Shown here one piece after another: positions 41,549 to 50,713 of a stretch of 64,000 nt of DNA. The stretch comes from Armatimonadota bacterium (GTDB lineage: Bacteria; Armatimonadota; SYMT01). The stretch is taken from positions 110,150 to 174,149 of the forward strand of contig JAWLHY010000014.1 in NCBI GenBank assembly GCA_041690135.1, read 5' to 3'. The notes under the pieces were generated by a model. That model made no database searches and was not told the DNA's origin. It saw nothing but the letters and a program-made list of their open reading frames with translations. Both the position numbers and the translations under genes were made by a program. Every line of letters begins with the position of its first letter. The first letter of the stretch is position 1.

Positions 41549-42289
41549 ATGAGATTGCATTTGAAAGTCTGGCGCCAACCCGCCCCGGACCGGCCGGGCA
41601 AGATGGTCGACTATACCCTGGACGACGTGTCCCCGGACATGTCGTTCCTGGAGATGCTCGACGTGTTGAACGAAGGGTTGATCCGCAAGGGGGAGGAGCC
41701 GGTCGCCTTCGACTCCGATTGCCGGGAAGGCATCTGCGGGATGTGCAGCCTGGTGGTGAACGGCACGCCGCATGGGCCGGAGAAGGGCACCACGGTCTGC
41801 CAGCTCCACATGCGCCGCTTCCGGGATGGGGATACCATCACCGTGGAGCCGTGGCGGGCCCGCGCCTTCCCGATCATCCGGGACCTGGTCGTCGATCGCA
41901 GCGCTTTCGACCGCATCATCGCGGCTGGCGGCTACATCTCCGCCAACGTGGGAGGAGCGCCGGACGGCAACGATATTCCCATCCCCCGCGACACGGTGGA
42001 GCGCGCGATGGACTCCGCCGCCTGCATCGCCTGCGGCGCCTGCGTGGCGGCCTGCAAGAACGCCTCCGCGGCGCTCTTCACTTCGGCCAAGGTCACCCAC
42101 CTGGCCAGCCTGCCGCAGGGCGAGGTGGAACGCGCCCGCCGCGTGATCCGGATGGTGGAACAGCACGACGCCGAAGGGTTCGGAAGCTGCTCCAACGAAG
42201 GCGAGTGCGAGGCCGTGTGCCCAAAGGAGATCCCCATCTCCAACATCGCCAAGATGAACCGGGAGTACTGGAAAGCCGTGCTGAAGTAG
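41549..42289 (+). CDS. sdhB: Succinate dehydrogenase/fumarate reductase Fe-S subunit
   Basis: [31 protein letters not shown]. Confidence 0.97.
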   Translation: MRLHLKVWRQPAPDRPGKMVDYTLDDVSPDMSFLEMLDVLNEGLIRKGEEPVAFDSDCREGICGMCSLVVNGTPHGPEKGTTVCQLHMRRFRDGDTITVEPWRARAFPIIRDLVVDRSAFDRIIAAGGYISANVGGAPDGNDIPIPRDTVERAMDSAACIACGACVAACKNASAALFTSAKVTHLASLPQGEVERARRVIRMVEQHDAEGFGSCSNEGECEAVCPKEIPISNIAKMNREYWKAVLK

Positions 42290-42321
42290 CCCTTCGGCGA
42301 CGAATTCGAAGACTCTCCCAG

Positions 42322-42366
42322 CGTAACGGGCGGTGCCGAAGGATTACTCCGGCGTCGCCCGTTACG
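42322..42366. terminator. Long hairpin after sdhB
   Basis: CGTAACGGGCGGTGCCG-N11-CGGCGTCGCCCGTTACG; no U tract. Confidence 0.5.
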
Positions 42367-42473
42367 TGTCTATGGGGTGCATCTGGCAAGTAGTATTCAG
42401 ATTCTCACTTCAATGGAACGCGTCCAGCGACGTGGGACGGGACCCGTCCGGCAAGCCTGAGAAAGCGGTACCC

Positions 42474-42621
42474 GTAGGGAACGTCTCGCCGTAGCGTTCC
42501 GTCGGCCTGGGGCTGATCCCTTCCTGCCAACTCGTGGCGGTTCGGATCTAGGACCGGTTCGGGTTGGCGCAACGGGATCAGCTTCGTTGACTGCGGAATG
42601 GAACGGCGTCGCATTCCCTAC
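42474..42621 (-). mobile_element. 148-bp REPIN/MITE-like element, copy 3, inverted
   Basis: Reverse complement begins GTAGGGAATGCGACGCCGTTCCATTCCGCAGTC and ends GGAACGCTACGGCGAGACGTTCCCTAC; same length as copy 1. Confidence 0.85.
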
Positions 42622-42754
42622 GGTCCGGCCCTCCCAGGGCGGGTCTGGATTCAGCCGAAGTTTTCGGCATTTCTCGCGGAAGTGAAGCGCGAGATTGCCG
42701 GATAACCTGGCGACCTTCGGAATTTGACGCAACCAGAGCGAAGGAGAAAACGGC

Positions 42755-43009
42755 GTCATTGCGAAGGAGCCTTAGCGACTGCGGCAATCCCCCTGCCCAC
42801 CGAGCCGCCATCTTCGTCACCGCTCGCCCGCTTTGCGGTAGTTGGCTGCGGAACTCCGGGGCCGGAGGGCGAACTACGAGGATCGAAACCTGCTGTGTTT
42901 ACCAGGGGGATTGCCACGCCCCGCAGAGGACGGAGTTCGCACCCGAGTGGGCGCAATCCAGAGCATCGTACGCGTAGCCAGCAACGCACCGGTCGGGGCT
43001 CGCAACGAC
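42755..43009. repeat. GTCATTGCGA...TCGCAACGAC palindromic element
   Basis: Terminal inverted repeat plus an inner pair GGCAATCCCCC (~42784) / GGGGGATTGCC (~42906). Confidence 0.65.
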
Positions 43010-43077
43010 GCAATTTGGCCTTCCGGAGTTACTTCAAGGGGTGCGGTTTGCTTGCAGTTTGATCGTCAAGCAACCAA

Positions 43078-44550
43078 TCACAGCCCTTCCGTAAACTCAT
43101 CCGCTTCCTTCACGTAGGGGTGGAAGGGGTTGCGGAGGTCCAGGAAGCGGTCCCGGTCGAGGTAGACGCTGTCCCAGTCGATCACGTAGCGCTTGGAGCG
43201 GGAGTGCAGCAGGTGCCGGATCACGCGGGCTCGTCCCGCGGCGCGGGTGTTGGGCGGCGGGGCGCAGCGGGCATTTTCGATCCGCTCCTCATCCAGCACG
43301 CGGTGCACCTGCCCGGCCTCGACGAGCCCGTGGAAGAGACTGGTGGCGGGGTTGACGTTGTGGTACTCCAGGTCCAGGCTCTGCATCACGTCGTCCTGCC
43401 AGGTGGCGCCTTCCGCCTGCCGGTACATCTCCAGGAGCTTCCGCTTCGCGACCCAGTCCACCCGGTCGTCCAGTAGCATCGGGTCGGTTTCCAGGCCGGT
43501 GAGGGCGTAATCCCACTCCCGCAGCACCCAGTCCGTCTGGGTGTCGCGACCGCTCAGGTAGGTCATCGCCGTCTCCAGGTAGATCCGCTGGAGATCGACC
43601 GCCGGCAGCGTGGACCCGTCCGCCAGCCGGACCAGCCACCGCCACGAAGGGTCGCGGGAGACGGAGCGGAGCGTTTCGATGGGATCGGCGACCCGCACCG
43701 TATCCGGCACCAGCCCCTCTTCCACCAGGTCGAGGACCAGCGAGGTGGTGCCCACCTTCATCGCGGTGGCCCACTCGCTCATGTTCGCTTCGCCGAAGAG
43801 GAGATGGAGCCGGTGGAGGTCGCTGAAGTTATAGTAGCTGTCCCACTTCGGGTTGATGATCGCCCGGTTGAAGCGGACCTTGGAGGCCACCGTCTTCAGG
43901 ATGTGGTCCGCGCGCTGGGAGAGCTGGAAATCGACCGTCTTGTCGATCTCCACGCCGTAGAAGTTGTGGACCCAGACGTAGTCGACCTCGTACTCGCTCA
44001 TCCGCATGATGTTGTTGCGGAAGTCGGTGCGGTTGAGCCGGTGTCCCCCCACGCGTCCCACCCCCGCGAAGATCTGCCGGGTCACCAGGAACGGGAGGAG
44101 TAGGGCGACCGCGTCGCGGAAGAAGTCCTCGTTCAGCCGGGCGAGGTAGTTCTCGTGGCACCCGAAGGTGTGCCCACCGAAGTGGTCCACGCTGTTGTTG
44201 TGAAAGCTGACGACCTCGCTGAGGTCCAGGTCTTCCAGCGCCTGCTGCAGGATCCGCTGCCCGGCGCGCTCGTTGCTCGCCAGGTCGAAGATGTCGCTGC
44301 ACTCGGCCGTCGCGTACTCCTCGTGGTCGCCCACGGCGTCGATGTACAGCCGTCCCCCGTTGACCAGGAACCCGCCGGCGCGTGCGGGCTCGAAGGTGTA
44401 GTCGCGCGCGTGCAGGTCGATCAGGCCAAGCTGCTGTTGCAGGAAGACGTGGTTCTTCACCCGCTCCACCACCTGCTCGGGCGTGCCCACGGCCGGGTCG
44501 TGCACCAGGCACCCGAACTCCGTTTCGATTCCAAAGATCCTGCGTTCCAT
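43078..44550 (-). CDS. pafA: PafA-like ligase (UBact/Pup-protein ligase)
   Basis: RRIFGIETEFG, NGGRLYID...H.EYATAEC, FGCHENY, LSQRADH, DWVAK, DLEYH, PPPNTRA, IDW; no Dop loop. Confidence 0.92.
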   Translation of the reverse strand: MERRIFGIETEFGCLVHDPAVGTPEQVVERVKNHVFLQQQLGLIDLHARDYTFEPARAGGFLVNGGRLYIDAVGDHEEYATAECSDIFDLASNERAGQRILQQALEDLDLSEVVSFHNNSVDHFGGHTFGCHENYLARLNEDFFRDAVALLLPFLVTRQIFAGVGRVGGHRLNRTDFRNNIMRMSEYEVDYVWVHNFYGVEIDKTVDFQLSQRADHILKTVASKVRFNRAIINPKWDSYYNFSDLHRLHLLFGEANMSEWATAMKVGTTSLVLDLVEEGLVPDTVRVADPIETLRSVSRDPSWRWLVRLADGSTLPAVDLQRIYLETAMTYLSGRDTQTDWVLREWDYALTGLETDPMLLDDRVDWVAKRKLLEMYRQAEGATWQDDVMQSLDLEYHNVNPATSLFHGLVEAGQVHRVLDEERIENARCAPPPNTRAAGRARVIRHLLHSRSKRYVIDWDSVYLDRDRFLDLRNPFHPYVKEADEFTEGL

Positions 44551-44622
44551 ACAACCTTCAGGTCTCTTGCCGGTGCCGCGGTCCAACCGCGAGAGGGGAA
44601 TGAAATTTCCGTCGGACATCGC

Positions 44623-45180
44623 TTATCGGAATAGCCGTCGCAGAGGGATTTCCAGTCCGGGAAAGAGCGAGCTGGATAAACGTTCCTGGCCCGTGAACCG
44701 GCCCGTCTCCTCATACTGGTTGCCGCGCAGTTCCAGGGTGACCGCAGTGCGCTGTTGGGGATCCAGGATCCAGTAGTGGGGAATCCCCGCCTGCGCGTAC
44801 TCGCGGCGCTTGATGACCGTGTCCCGCTCCTCATCATCCGGCGACACGATCTCCACGGCGAGAGTAGGCCGGCCCGTCACCTGGTTGTGCTCCAGGGTGA
44901 TCCCCGCGGCCGCGTCGGCTGCGGAATAAAAGAGGAAGTCCGGGCGTCTCCCGTGGAAGGCGATCGTGGGGACATCGATATCCGCGCCCCAGAAGCCGCC
45001 CGGGCAGTTCTCCTCCAGATAGGGGTCGAGGATCGAGGAGAGGCGGGTCATGGTCCAGCCGTGCAGGGGTCGTGCGGCCACCAGTTCTTCCAAGCGGCCG
45101 TCGACGAGCTCGAAGCGGTTTTCGGTGTTGACGGTCGTGAACTCTTCAAAGGTAAGCGGGCGCTGGGCTACCTGGGACAT
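44623..45180 (-). CDS. Uma2 family PD-(D/E)xK endonuclease
   Basis: RFELVDG, RRPD, PTLAVEIVSP, KRREYAQAGIPHYWILDP, LFPGL. Confidence 0.92.
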   Translation of the reverse strand: MSQVAQRPLTFEEFTTVNTENRFELVDGRLEELVAARPLHGWTMTRLSSILDPYLEENCPGGFWGADIDVPTIAFHGRRPDFLFYSAADAAAGITLEHNQVTGRPTLAVEIVSPDDEERDTVIKRREYAQAGIPHYWILDPQQRTAVTLELRGNQYEETGRFTGQERLSSSLFPGLEIPLRRLFR

Positions 45181-45204
45181 AACTGCCTCCCCGTCTCCTC
45201 GCGT

Positions 45205-45981
45205 CTATCGATACTCGGCCAGGGCGCTGTCCAGCTCTTCGGGCCGGAGCAGCCGGAATTTGCTTTCTCTCGGCGTGTTGCGCTCGAGCAAGCCTACCTC
45301 CACTGTTCCCTGGGCGAGCTCTTCCTTCAGCACCTGGGCCACGGTCTGGATCTCCACCTCTTCGTCTTCCTCGGTCCGCCCGAAGGAGACGCGCCGGGCG
45401 TGGATCTTGCCGGTGGCCCACGTCTCCAGCCCCAGCCGGATGGCCGACTGCCGGTCCTGCGCGCCTTCCCAGTTGGTATGGAGCAGCTCGATCATCCGGT
45501 TCTCCGCATCCAGCGACGGGCCGACCACGGAGAAGCGGTTCTCGTTCTTGAACTCCCCGTCGAAGTTGAGGGCGAAGAAGGCATCCTGCTCCTGCCGGTC
45601 TCCCAGCTCCGCGAAGAGGCCCCGGAAGACGAACGGCGCCGTGAACGGATCGCCAAACGCCTTCTTCAGTGCCGGGGACAGCACCGAACCGACCAGGCGC
45701 TGAGCGGTCACGTCGTCCGGGGAGCGCTGGAAGCCCTCCTGGTGGGCAAAATCGATGGCCGCGTTCCGCATCGTCTCGATATCGGACTGGTTGCCGATCC
45801 CGCCGAAGATAAGGCGGTCGTAGATCTCGTACACCTTGCGCTGCGTGCGCCGCAGGCTGAGGAGCAGCACCCCCTCCGGCAGGCTCAAGCCCACCACGGG
45901 GCTCCCGTCCCGCAGCCGCTCCTCGATATACTCCATCCGCGTCAGGACGGACTGGTTCCAATCATACGGTGTTAATGACAT
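45205..45981 (-). CDS. prcA: 20S proteasome alpha subunit
   Basis: TPYDW, GSPVV, KVYEIYDR, GIGNQSDIE, SPDDVT, EVGLLER. Confidence 0.92.
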   Translation of the reverse strand: MSLTPYDWNQSVLTRMEYIEERLRDGSPVVGLSLPEGVLLLSLRRTQRKVYEIYDRLIFGGIGNQSDIETMRNAAIDFAHQEGFQRSPDDVTAQRLVGSVLSPALKKAFGDPFTAPFVFRGLFAELGDRQEQDAFFALNFDGEFKNENRFSVVGPSLDAENRMIELLHTNWEGAQDRQSAIRLGLETWATGKIHARRVSFGRTEEDEEVEIQTVAQVLKEELAQGTVEVGLLERNTPRESKFRLLRPEELDSALAEYR

Positions 45982-46003
45982 AGCCTACCGTGGTGAAAGC
46001 CCC

Positions 46004-46780
46004 TTATTCGCTCGGTTTGAAAGCGGCGACGATCGCCCGCATTTGCTCGGCCGGGATCTCCCGGATGCCGTCTTTCGTGATCGCCTTGGCCACGGGCAGC
46101 ACCTTGGCGAAGCCCCCGGTGGCGGCGTCCAGGTCGGCGGCGATGTCCAGGAGGATCAGGCACTCCTGCAGCGCTTCTTCCAGCGTCATCTCCCGGAACG
46201 GCTTCTTCGTGCGGATGATGTAATCGAAGGCGCCGCGGATGCGCTCGGAGCCGGAGCCCGCCGCCCCGAATTCCGCCGTCTCGAAACGGGCGCCCATCCC
46301 ATCGTAGAAGAAGATCCGGCCCTCGTTCGTCTTCGGGTCGTAGGCGCTCACGATCGGAATGAAGGCGCCGATACCCTGCATCGCCATCGGCAGGTTGCCG
46401 GCGATCGCACGAGAGACCTCGCTCACCTTGCCGTCCAGGCTCATCTCCTGGAGCTCGCGCCGGGAGTAGTACTTGAACGCGTGCTTCAGGAAGCGGACGA
46501 TCTCGATCGCCCGGGCAAAGGAGCCCGAGATGGCGATCAGCGTGAAGTCGTCCAGCGCGAGCACCTTCTCCGCGCGGTCGTACATCACCGCCATGTTGGC
46601 CGTGGCGCGGCGGTCGCCGACGTTCAGGACCCCGTCGCGGTACTTCACAGCGATGACGGTGGTGCCGTGCGTGTCGAGGGACGAGGCGGCCGCCGAGTGC
46701 GAAACGGGCGCGTCACCGACGCGCCCGAGCTCGGAGGGGATCCCTCCCACCAATTCCAGAAAATCTCCGGGTCGCGCCAT
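46004..46780 (-). CDS. prcB: 20S proteasome beta subunit
   Basis: Propeptide then HG/TTVIA (catalytic Thr1), GDRRAT, K33 region, GSGS, DAATGG. Confidence 0.95.
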   Translation of the reverse strand: MARPGDFLELVGGIPSELGRVGDAPVSHSAAASSLDTHGTTVIAVKYRDGVLNVGDRRATANMAVMYDRAEKVLALDDFTLIAISGSFARAIEIVRFLKHAFKYYSRRELQEMSLDGKVSEVSRAIAGNLPMAMQGIGAFIPIVSAYDPKTNEGRIFFYDGMGARFETAEFGAAGSGSERIRGAFDYIIRTKKPFREMTLEEALQECLILLDIAADLDAATGGFAKVLPVAKAITKDGIREIPAEQMRAIVAAFKPSE

Positions 46781-46781
46781 G

Positions 46782-46970
46782 CTACTCGCCGCTCCGCTGG
46801 CGGTACCGCTTCGCCTGGTCCGGGTCCACCCGGCGCATGCGCTTCAGTAGGTCGCTCGGGTCGGGACGCTTCACGTTGGGGGCCTTCGGGCCGTCGTCGC
46901 TCCCGGGCCGCGTAATCGGGTCCTGCGGGACCGGGCGCTGTATTCTTTCTTCACCCTTGATCGGGAACAT
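46782..46970 (-). CDS. ubact: Ubiquitin-like protein UBact
   Basis: 62 aa, disordered Pro-rich N-terminus, C-terminal LLKRMRRVDPDQAKRYRQRSGE (R-S/T-G-E/Q). Sits between dop and prcB. SD AGGAG. Confidence 0.93.
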   Translation of the reverse strand: MFPIKGEERIQRPVPQDPITRPGSDDGPKAPNVKRPDPSDLLKRMRRVDPDQAKRYRQRSGE

Positions 46971-48516
46971 CCTCATCTCCTGAATCTCCGGTTAGGACGG
47001 CTATTGCCTCCGCGACTGTTTTAGCGGACTGAAGCTGCCCAGACAACGTTAGCGCGGGATCGGCGCCGAATTCGGCCGGCAGGGGCACCCAGCGCGCCCG
47101 TGCGTCTTCTTTCAGCGCCACGCGTCCCCAGCTTACCCGCGTGATGTCCGGTGTGAACCTCCGGATCAGGTCTCCCCGCAGCGCGGCGCGCGTGTTGGCC
47201 GGCGGCTCCGTGAGAGCCGCCGCGATCTCCTCTTCCCCCGCCACCTGCACCATCTGGCCGGCCTCTTCCAGGGCGTAATAGAGCCCCTCAACGGGATCGA
47301 CGTTATGGTACTCCAGGTCCAGGCTGCGCAGGGTCGGGTCCTCCCACCAGATCCCCTCGGACTCGATGAACGTCTCCAACAACCGCCGTTTCGCCACCCA
47401 ATCGAGGCGATCCTCGGTGAGGGTGTAATCCTGCTCGAGATCATTCAGTACGCGTTCCCACTCGCGCAGCACCCAGTCGGTGTCCGCGTCCGCGCCGGCC
47501 AGCAGCTTCTGGGCGTCGCGCAGATAGATGCGCTGGAGATCGGTGGCCCGCATGGTCCGCCCGTCTTCCAACTCCAGGACCCAGCGGAAGGAGGGGTCGC
47601 GGGACAGCTTTTTGATGGCGGTTACCGGATCCCGCAGGCGGAAGAGGGGCTCCCACCCGGACTCGATCAGGCTCAGGACCAGGCTCGTCGTTCCCACTTT
47701 AAGGGCGGTGGCAAACTGGCTGAGGTTTGCGTCGCCGCAGATGACGTGCAGGCGCCGGTAGTGCCGCGAGTCCGCGTGCGCCTCGTCGCGGGTGTTGAAG
47801 AGCGGGCGGCGGGCCAGGGTGTCCACGCTGGCGATCTCTTCGAAGAAATCGGCTCGCTGCGAAAGCTGGAACTGGCACTCCTCGCGCAGCGGGCCATCCG
47901 TCTCCACTCCCGTCTTGCCCGCGCCGGCATAGAGGATGCGCGTGACCAGGAACGGCAGCATCCCGTAAAGCAGGCTTTCGAACGGCACCGTTCGGGCCAC
48001 GAGATACCCCTCGTGGCACCCGTAACTCATCCCGTGGAGATCGGAGTTGTTCTTGAAGATGCGGACCTCGCGCCCCGTTGCCTCCATACGCAGCCGCGCG
48101 CATTCATGCACGATCCGCTCGCCTGCGCGGTCGTGCGCCACGATCTGGCGCAGGGTACGGCACTCGGGCGTGGCGTACTCGGGATGGCCGTGGTCGTTAT
48201 ACAGGCGAGCGCCGTTCACCAGGGCATGGTCCGCCCGCTGCTCCTGGCTGCTGAGGTGGCTGCCGGGGCCTTCGCGGTCGTAGCGCGCGTCCTCCCGGTC
48301 GTAGTTCAGGTGGTCAACCGTGTAACCCCGCATGTCGCGACGGGGGTTTTCCGCCTGGTAATCCCAGGGCCCGGCCCATGGGCCGGGGTAGGCCTGCACC
48401 AGCAGGCGCGATTCTTCCATCAGGTCCGCGGCTCCCCGGCCCTCGACCAGGATGCCGTACTCCGTCTCGATGCCGAAAAGCCGGCTGCCGATGCACTCCG
48501 ATTGCCTGTTCTTCAA
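46951..48516 (-). CDS. dop: Dop-like deamidase/depupylase (PafA2 family)
   Basis: FGIETEYGI, Dop loop WDYQAENPRRDMRGY, NGARLYNDHGHPEY, NTRDEAHAD, RRLHVICGDAN. Confidence 0.93.
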   Translation of the reverse strand: MKNRQSECIGSRLFGIETEYGILVEGRGAADLMEESRLLVQAYPGPWAGPWDYQAENPRRDMRGYTVDHLNYDREDARYDREGPGSHLSSQEQRADHALVNGARLYNDHGHPEYATPECRTLRQIVAHDRAGERIVHECARLRMEATGREVRIFKNNSDLHGMSYGCHEGYLVARTVPFESLLYGMLPFLVTRILYAGAGKTGVETDGPLREECQFQLSQRADFFEEIASVDTLARRPLFNTRDEAHADSRHYRRLHVICGDANLSQFATALKVGTTSLVLSLIESGWEPLFRLRDPVTAIKKLSRDPSFRWVLELEDGRTMRATDLQRIYLRDAQKLLAGADADTDWVLREWERVLNDLEQDYTLTEDRLDWVAKRRLLETFIESEGIWWEDPTLRSLDLEYHNVDPVEGLYYALEEAGQMVQVAGEEEIAAALTEPPANTRAALRGDLIRRFTPDITRVSWGRVALKEDARARWVPLPAEFGADPALTLSGQLQSAKTVAEAIAVLTGDSGDEDVPDQG

Positions 48517-48896
48517 AACGCTACTCGTCTCCGAAACTCACCACCACCTGGCGTCCAAACACAAACAGAGGAAAAATCATGTCCCGGAAATTCGGCGAGT
48601 TTGCGAAGGGTGTGGTTGCCTATTCCGAACTCCTCATCGGCCGCCCAACTTGCTTCCCCCGCCGTATCACGGAACAGGGTACGACCATCCAGGGAGATGG
48701 CGATCCATTTACCGGGGTGCGAGTGGAGATAGGGCTTGCCATAGCGCTCGAAGAGGTAATTGTCCCGCGCGATGACCCGTTCCCGCAGCGCGCGGAACTC
48801 GGGGGCATCGTCCGGGACCTGCGCCTGGATCAGGCGGCGGCGCTCCCGGCCGTACTCCTCGCCGGTGATCAGGTGTTCCTCTTGTTCGATGCTCAT
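48513..48896 (-). CDS. Hypothetical protein (DUF5678-like)
   Basis: FERYGKPYLHSHPGKWIAISLDGR; its stop overlaps the dop TTG start. Confidence 0.6.
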   Translation of the reverse strand: MSIEQEEHLITGEEYGRERRRLIQAQVPDDAPEFRALRERVIARDNYLFERYGKPYLHSHPGKWIAISLDGRTLFRDTAGEASWAADEEFGIGNHTLRKLAEFPGHDFSSVCVWTPGGGEFRRRVAF

Positions 48897-48978
48897 CTCC
48901 GGTGCTCCCCGAGATCCTAATAAAGGCCAGCATTATGGAAGTTGATTGCCCAAGCCACGCCCGGCGCCCGTGACCCAC

Positions 48979-49028
48979 CCCCGGATTGAAATCCTGGGCT
49001 GACTGACCAAAGTCCGCCTGCGCGGACT
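48979..49028 (+). repeat. Two-hairpin REP-like element
   Basis: CCCCGGATT-g-AAATCCTGGG...AGTCCGC-ctgc-GCGGACT; same architecture as the units of the 57-58 kb array. Confidence 0.6.
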
Positions 49029-49438
49029 CGGAAGCGGTCACACCCAGCGCAGCGGTGCGTCTAACTCGGCAATCTCTATGAAAGCCGGGCTGTGCGAGCG
49101 AAATCCACATCCACCCCTGCTCCGTGGGTATCCCGGCGAAGCCTCCGCGGATGTAGGGAACCCCAGAACCGTAGGGTTTCCCCACTCAGTATACGGAGTG
49201 TTCCCCCAGGGAGCATGGGTCACGCCTGCCGCAGCGGTCTCCGGAGCCGATTGGAGCAAGGGAACGGGGCGAGCATTCGCGAACAAGGCTTCTGGGAACA
49301 TGTCCGGCATCAAGACACCAGAATTGGAATGCCGGGCTGTGCGTGCGAAACCCGCACCTCCGCGGAGCGTAAACCTGCGCGGGTTTGGGGGACGCGCCCC
49401 TACCGACGCCCGTTTCCCTTCGAGTTGGAACCCCTGGC

Positions 49439-50548
49439 ATGTTACTTCGGATTCTGGTTTGTTTCTTTACCGTCTCGTTCTCGCTGCTGAACCTGTCCGC
49501 GACACCGGGCGCCGCGAACGGGAGCAGCAACGGCGCCACCCTCAGCCGGATCGCCTTCGGTTCCTGCGCGCGACAGGAGCGTCCCCAACCGATCTGGGAC
49601 GCCGTCGTGGAGGCAAAGCCGCAGCTCTTCCTGTTCCTGGGCGACAACGTCTATGCCGACACGGAGAACATGGAGCTCATGGCGGAGCGCTACGGAATGC
49701 TGGGCAACCAGCCCGGCTACCGCAAGCTGAAGGCGACCTGTCCGGTGATGGCCACCTGGGACGACCACGACTACGGGGTCAACGACGGAGGCGCGGAGTA
49801 CCCGAAGAAGCGGGAGTCGCAGCAGGTGTTCCTGGACTTCTTCGGAGTGCCGAAAGATTCTCCGCGCCGCCAGCGGGAGGGCGTGTATCACGCCCAGGTG
49901 TTTGGGCCTCCAGGAAAGCGGATCCAGGTGATCCTGCTGGACGGGCGCTATCACCGCAGCCCGCTCAAGACCGGGTTCCAGCCGGGCGAGCCGGGGGAAG
50001 GGTTCCGCGGGCGCTACCAGCCGAACACCGATCCGAAGGCGACCATGCTGGGAGAGGCCCAGTGGAAGTGGCTGAAGGAGCAGCTCCGCGTCCCGGCTGA
50101 GCTGCGGCTCATCTGCTCCGGCGTCCAGGTGATCCCGGACCAGCACGGCTCCGAGCACTGGGGGAATTTCCCGCGGGAGCGGCAAAGGCTCTTCCGCCTG
50201 ATCCGGGAAACCCGCGCGGAGGGGGTCGTCTTCCTCAGCGGCGACCGGCACCTGGCGGAGATCTCGCGCCTGCAGCCCGGAAAGAAGGCGGCGTCCTACC
50301 CGCTCTACGACATCACCTCCACCAGCCTCAACGCCCCCAGCGGGAACATGACGAAGGCGGGGGTGCGGTTCAGCAACGAGATCAACGACTATCGGGTAGG
50401 CCTGACCTACTTCGACACGAACTTCGGCCTGGTGGACGTCGATTGGAACCAGCCGGACCCGGTGATCCGGCTTCAGGTCCGCGACGAAAAGGGCGGCCCG
50501 GTCCTCCAGCAGCGCCTCCTGCTGAGCACCCTCCGCCGGCGGCGCTAA
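49439..50548 (+). CDS. phoD: PhoD-like alkaline phosphatase
   Basis: Signal peptide; IAFGSC, LGDNVYAD, TWDDHDY, LLDGRY, LGEAQW.W, LSGDRH. Confidence 0.9.
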   Translation: MLLRILVCFFTVSFSLLNLSATPGAANGSSNGATLSRIAFGSCARQERPQPIWDAVVEAKPQLFLFLGDNVYADTENMELMAERYGMLGNQPGYRKLKATCPVMATWDDHDYGVNDGGAEYPKKRESQQVFLDFFGVPKDSPRRQREGVYHAQVFGPPGKRIQVILLDGRYHRSPLKTGFQPGEPGEGFRGRYQPNTDPKATMLGEAQWKWLKEQLRVPAELRLICSGVQVIPDQHGSEHWGNFPRERQRLFRLIRETRAEGVVFLSGDRHLAEISRLQPGKKAASYPLYDITSTSLNAPSGNMTKAGVRFSNEINDYRVGLTYFDTNFGLVDVDWNQPDPVIRLQVRDEKGGPVLQQRLLLSTLRRRR

Positions 50549-50713
50549 TCAAGACCGCGGAAACAGGGAACCACTTTTGCCCGCGGAATACACGGAACAA
50601 CGCGGAAGAAGGGAGAAGACGGAAGAGGTTGATCCATGCCGACCTGTTTCAGCGCACAACAGGCTCTTTCTGCATTCGCGCAATTCGCGGATCATCTGCC
50701 CCGAAAGCCCGCC

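Noticed and set aside
46782-46970. Calling the modifier Pup
   Set aside because: It lacks the Pup C-terminal FV..(Y/F)VQKGG(E/Q) pattern and ends RYRQRSGE, the UBact signature.
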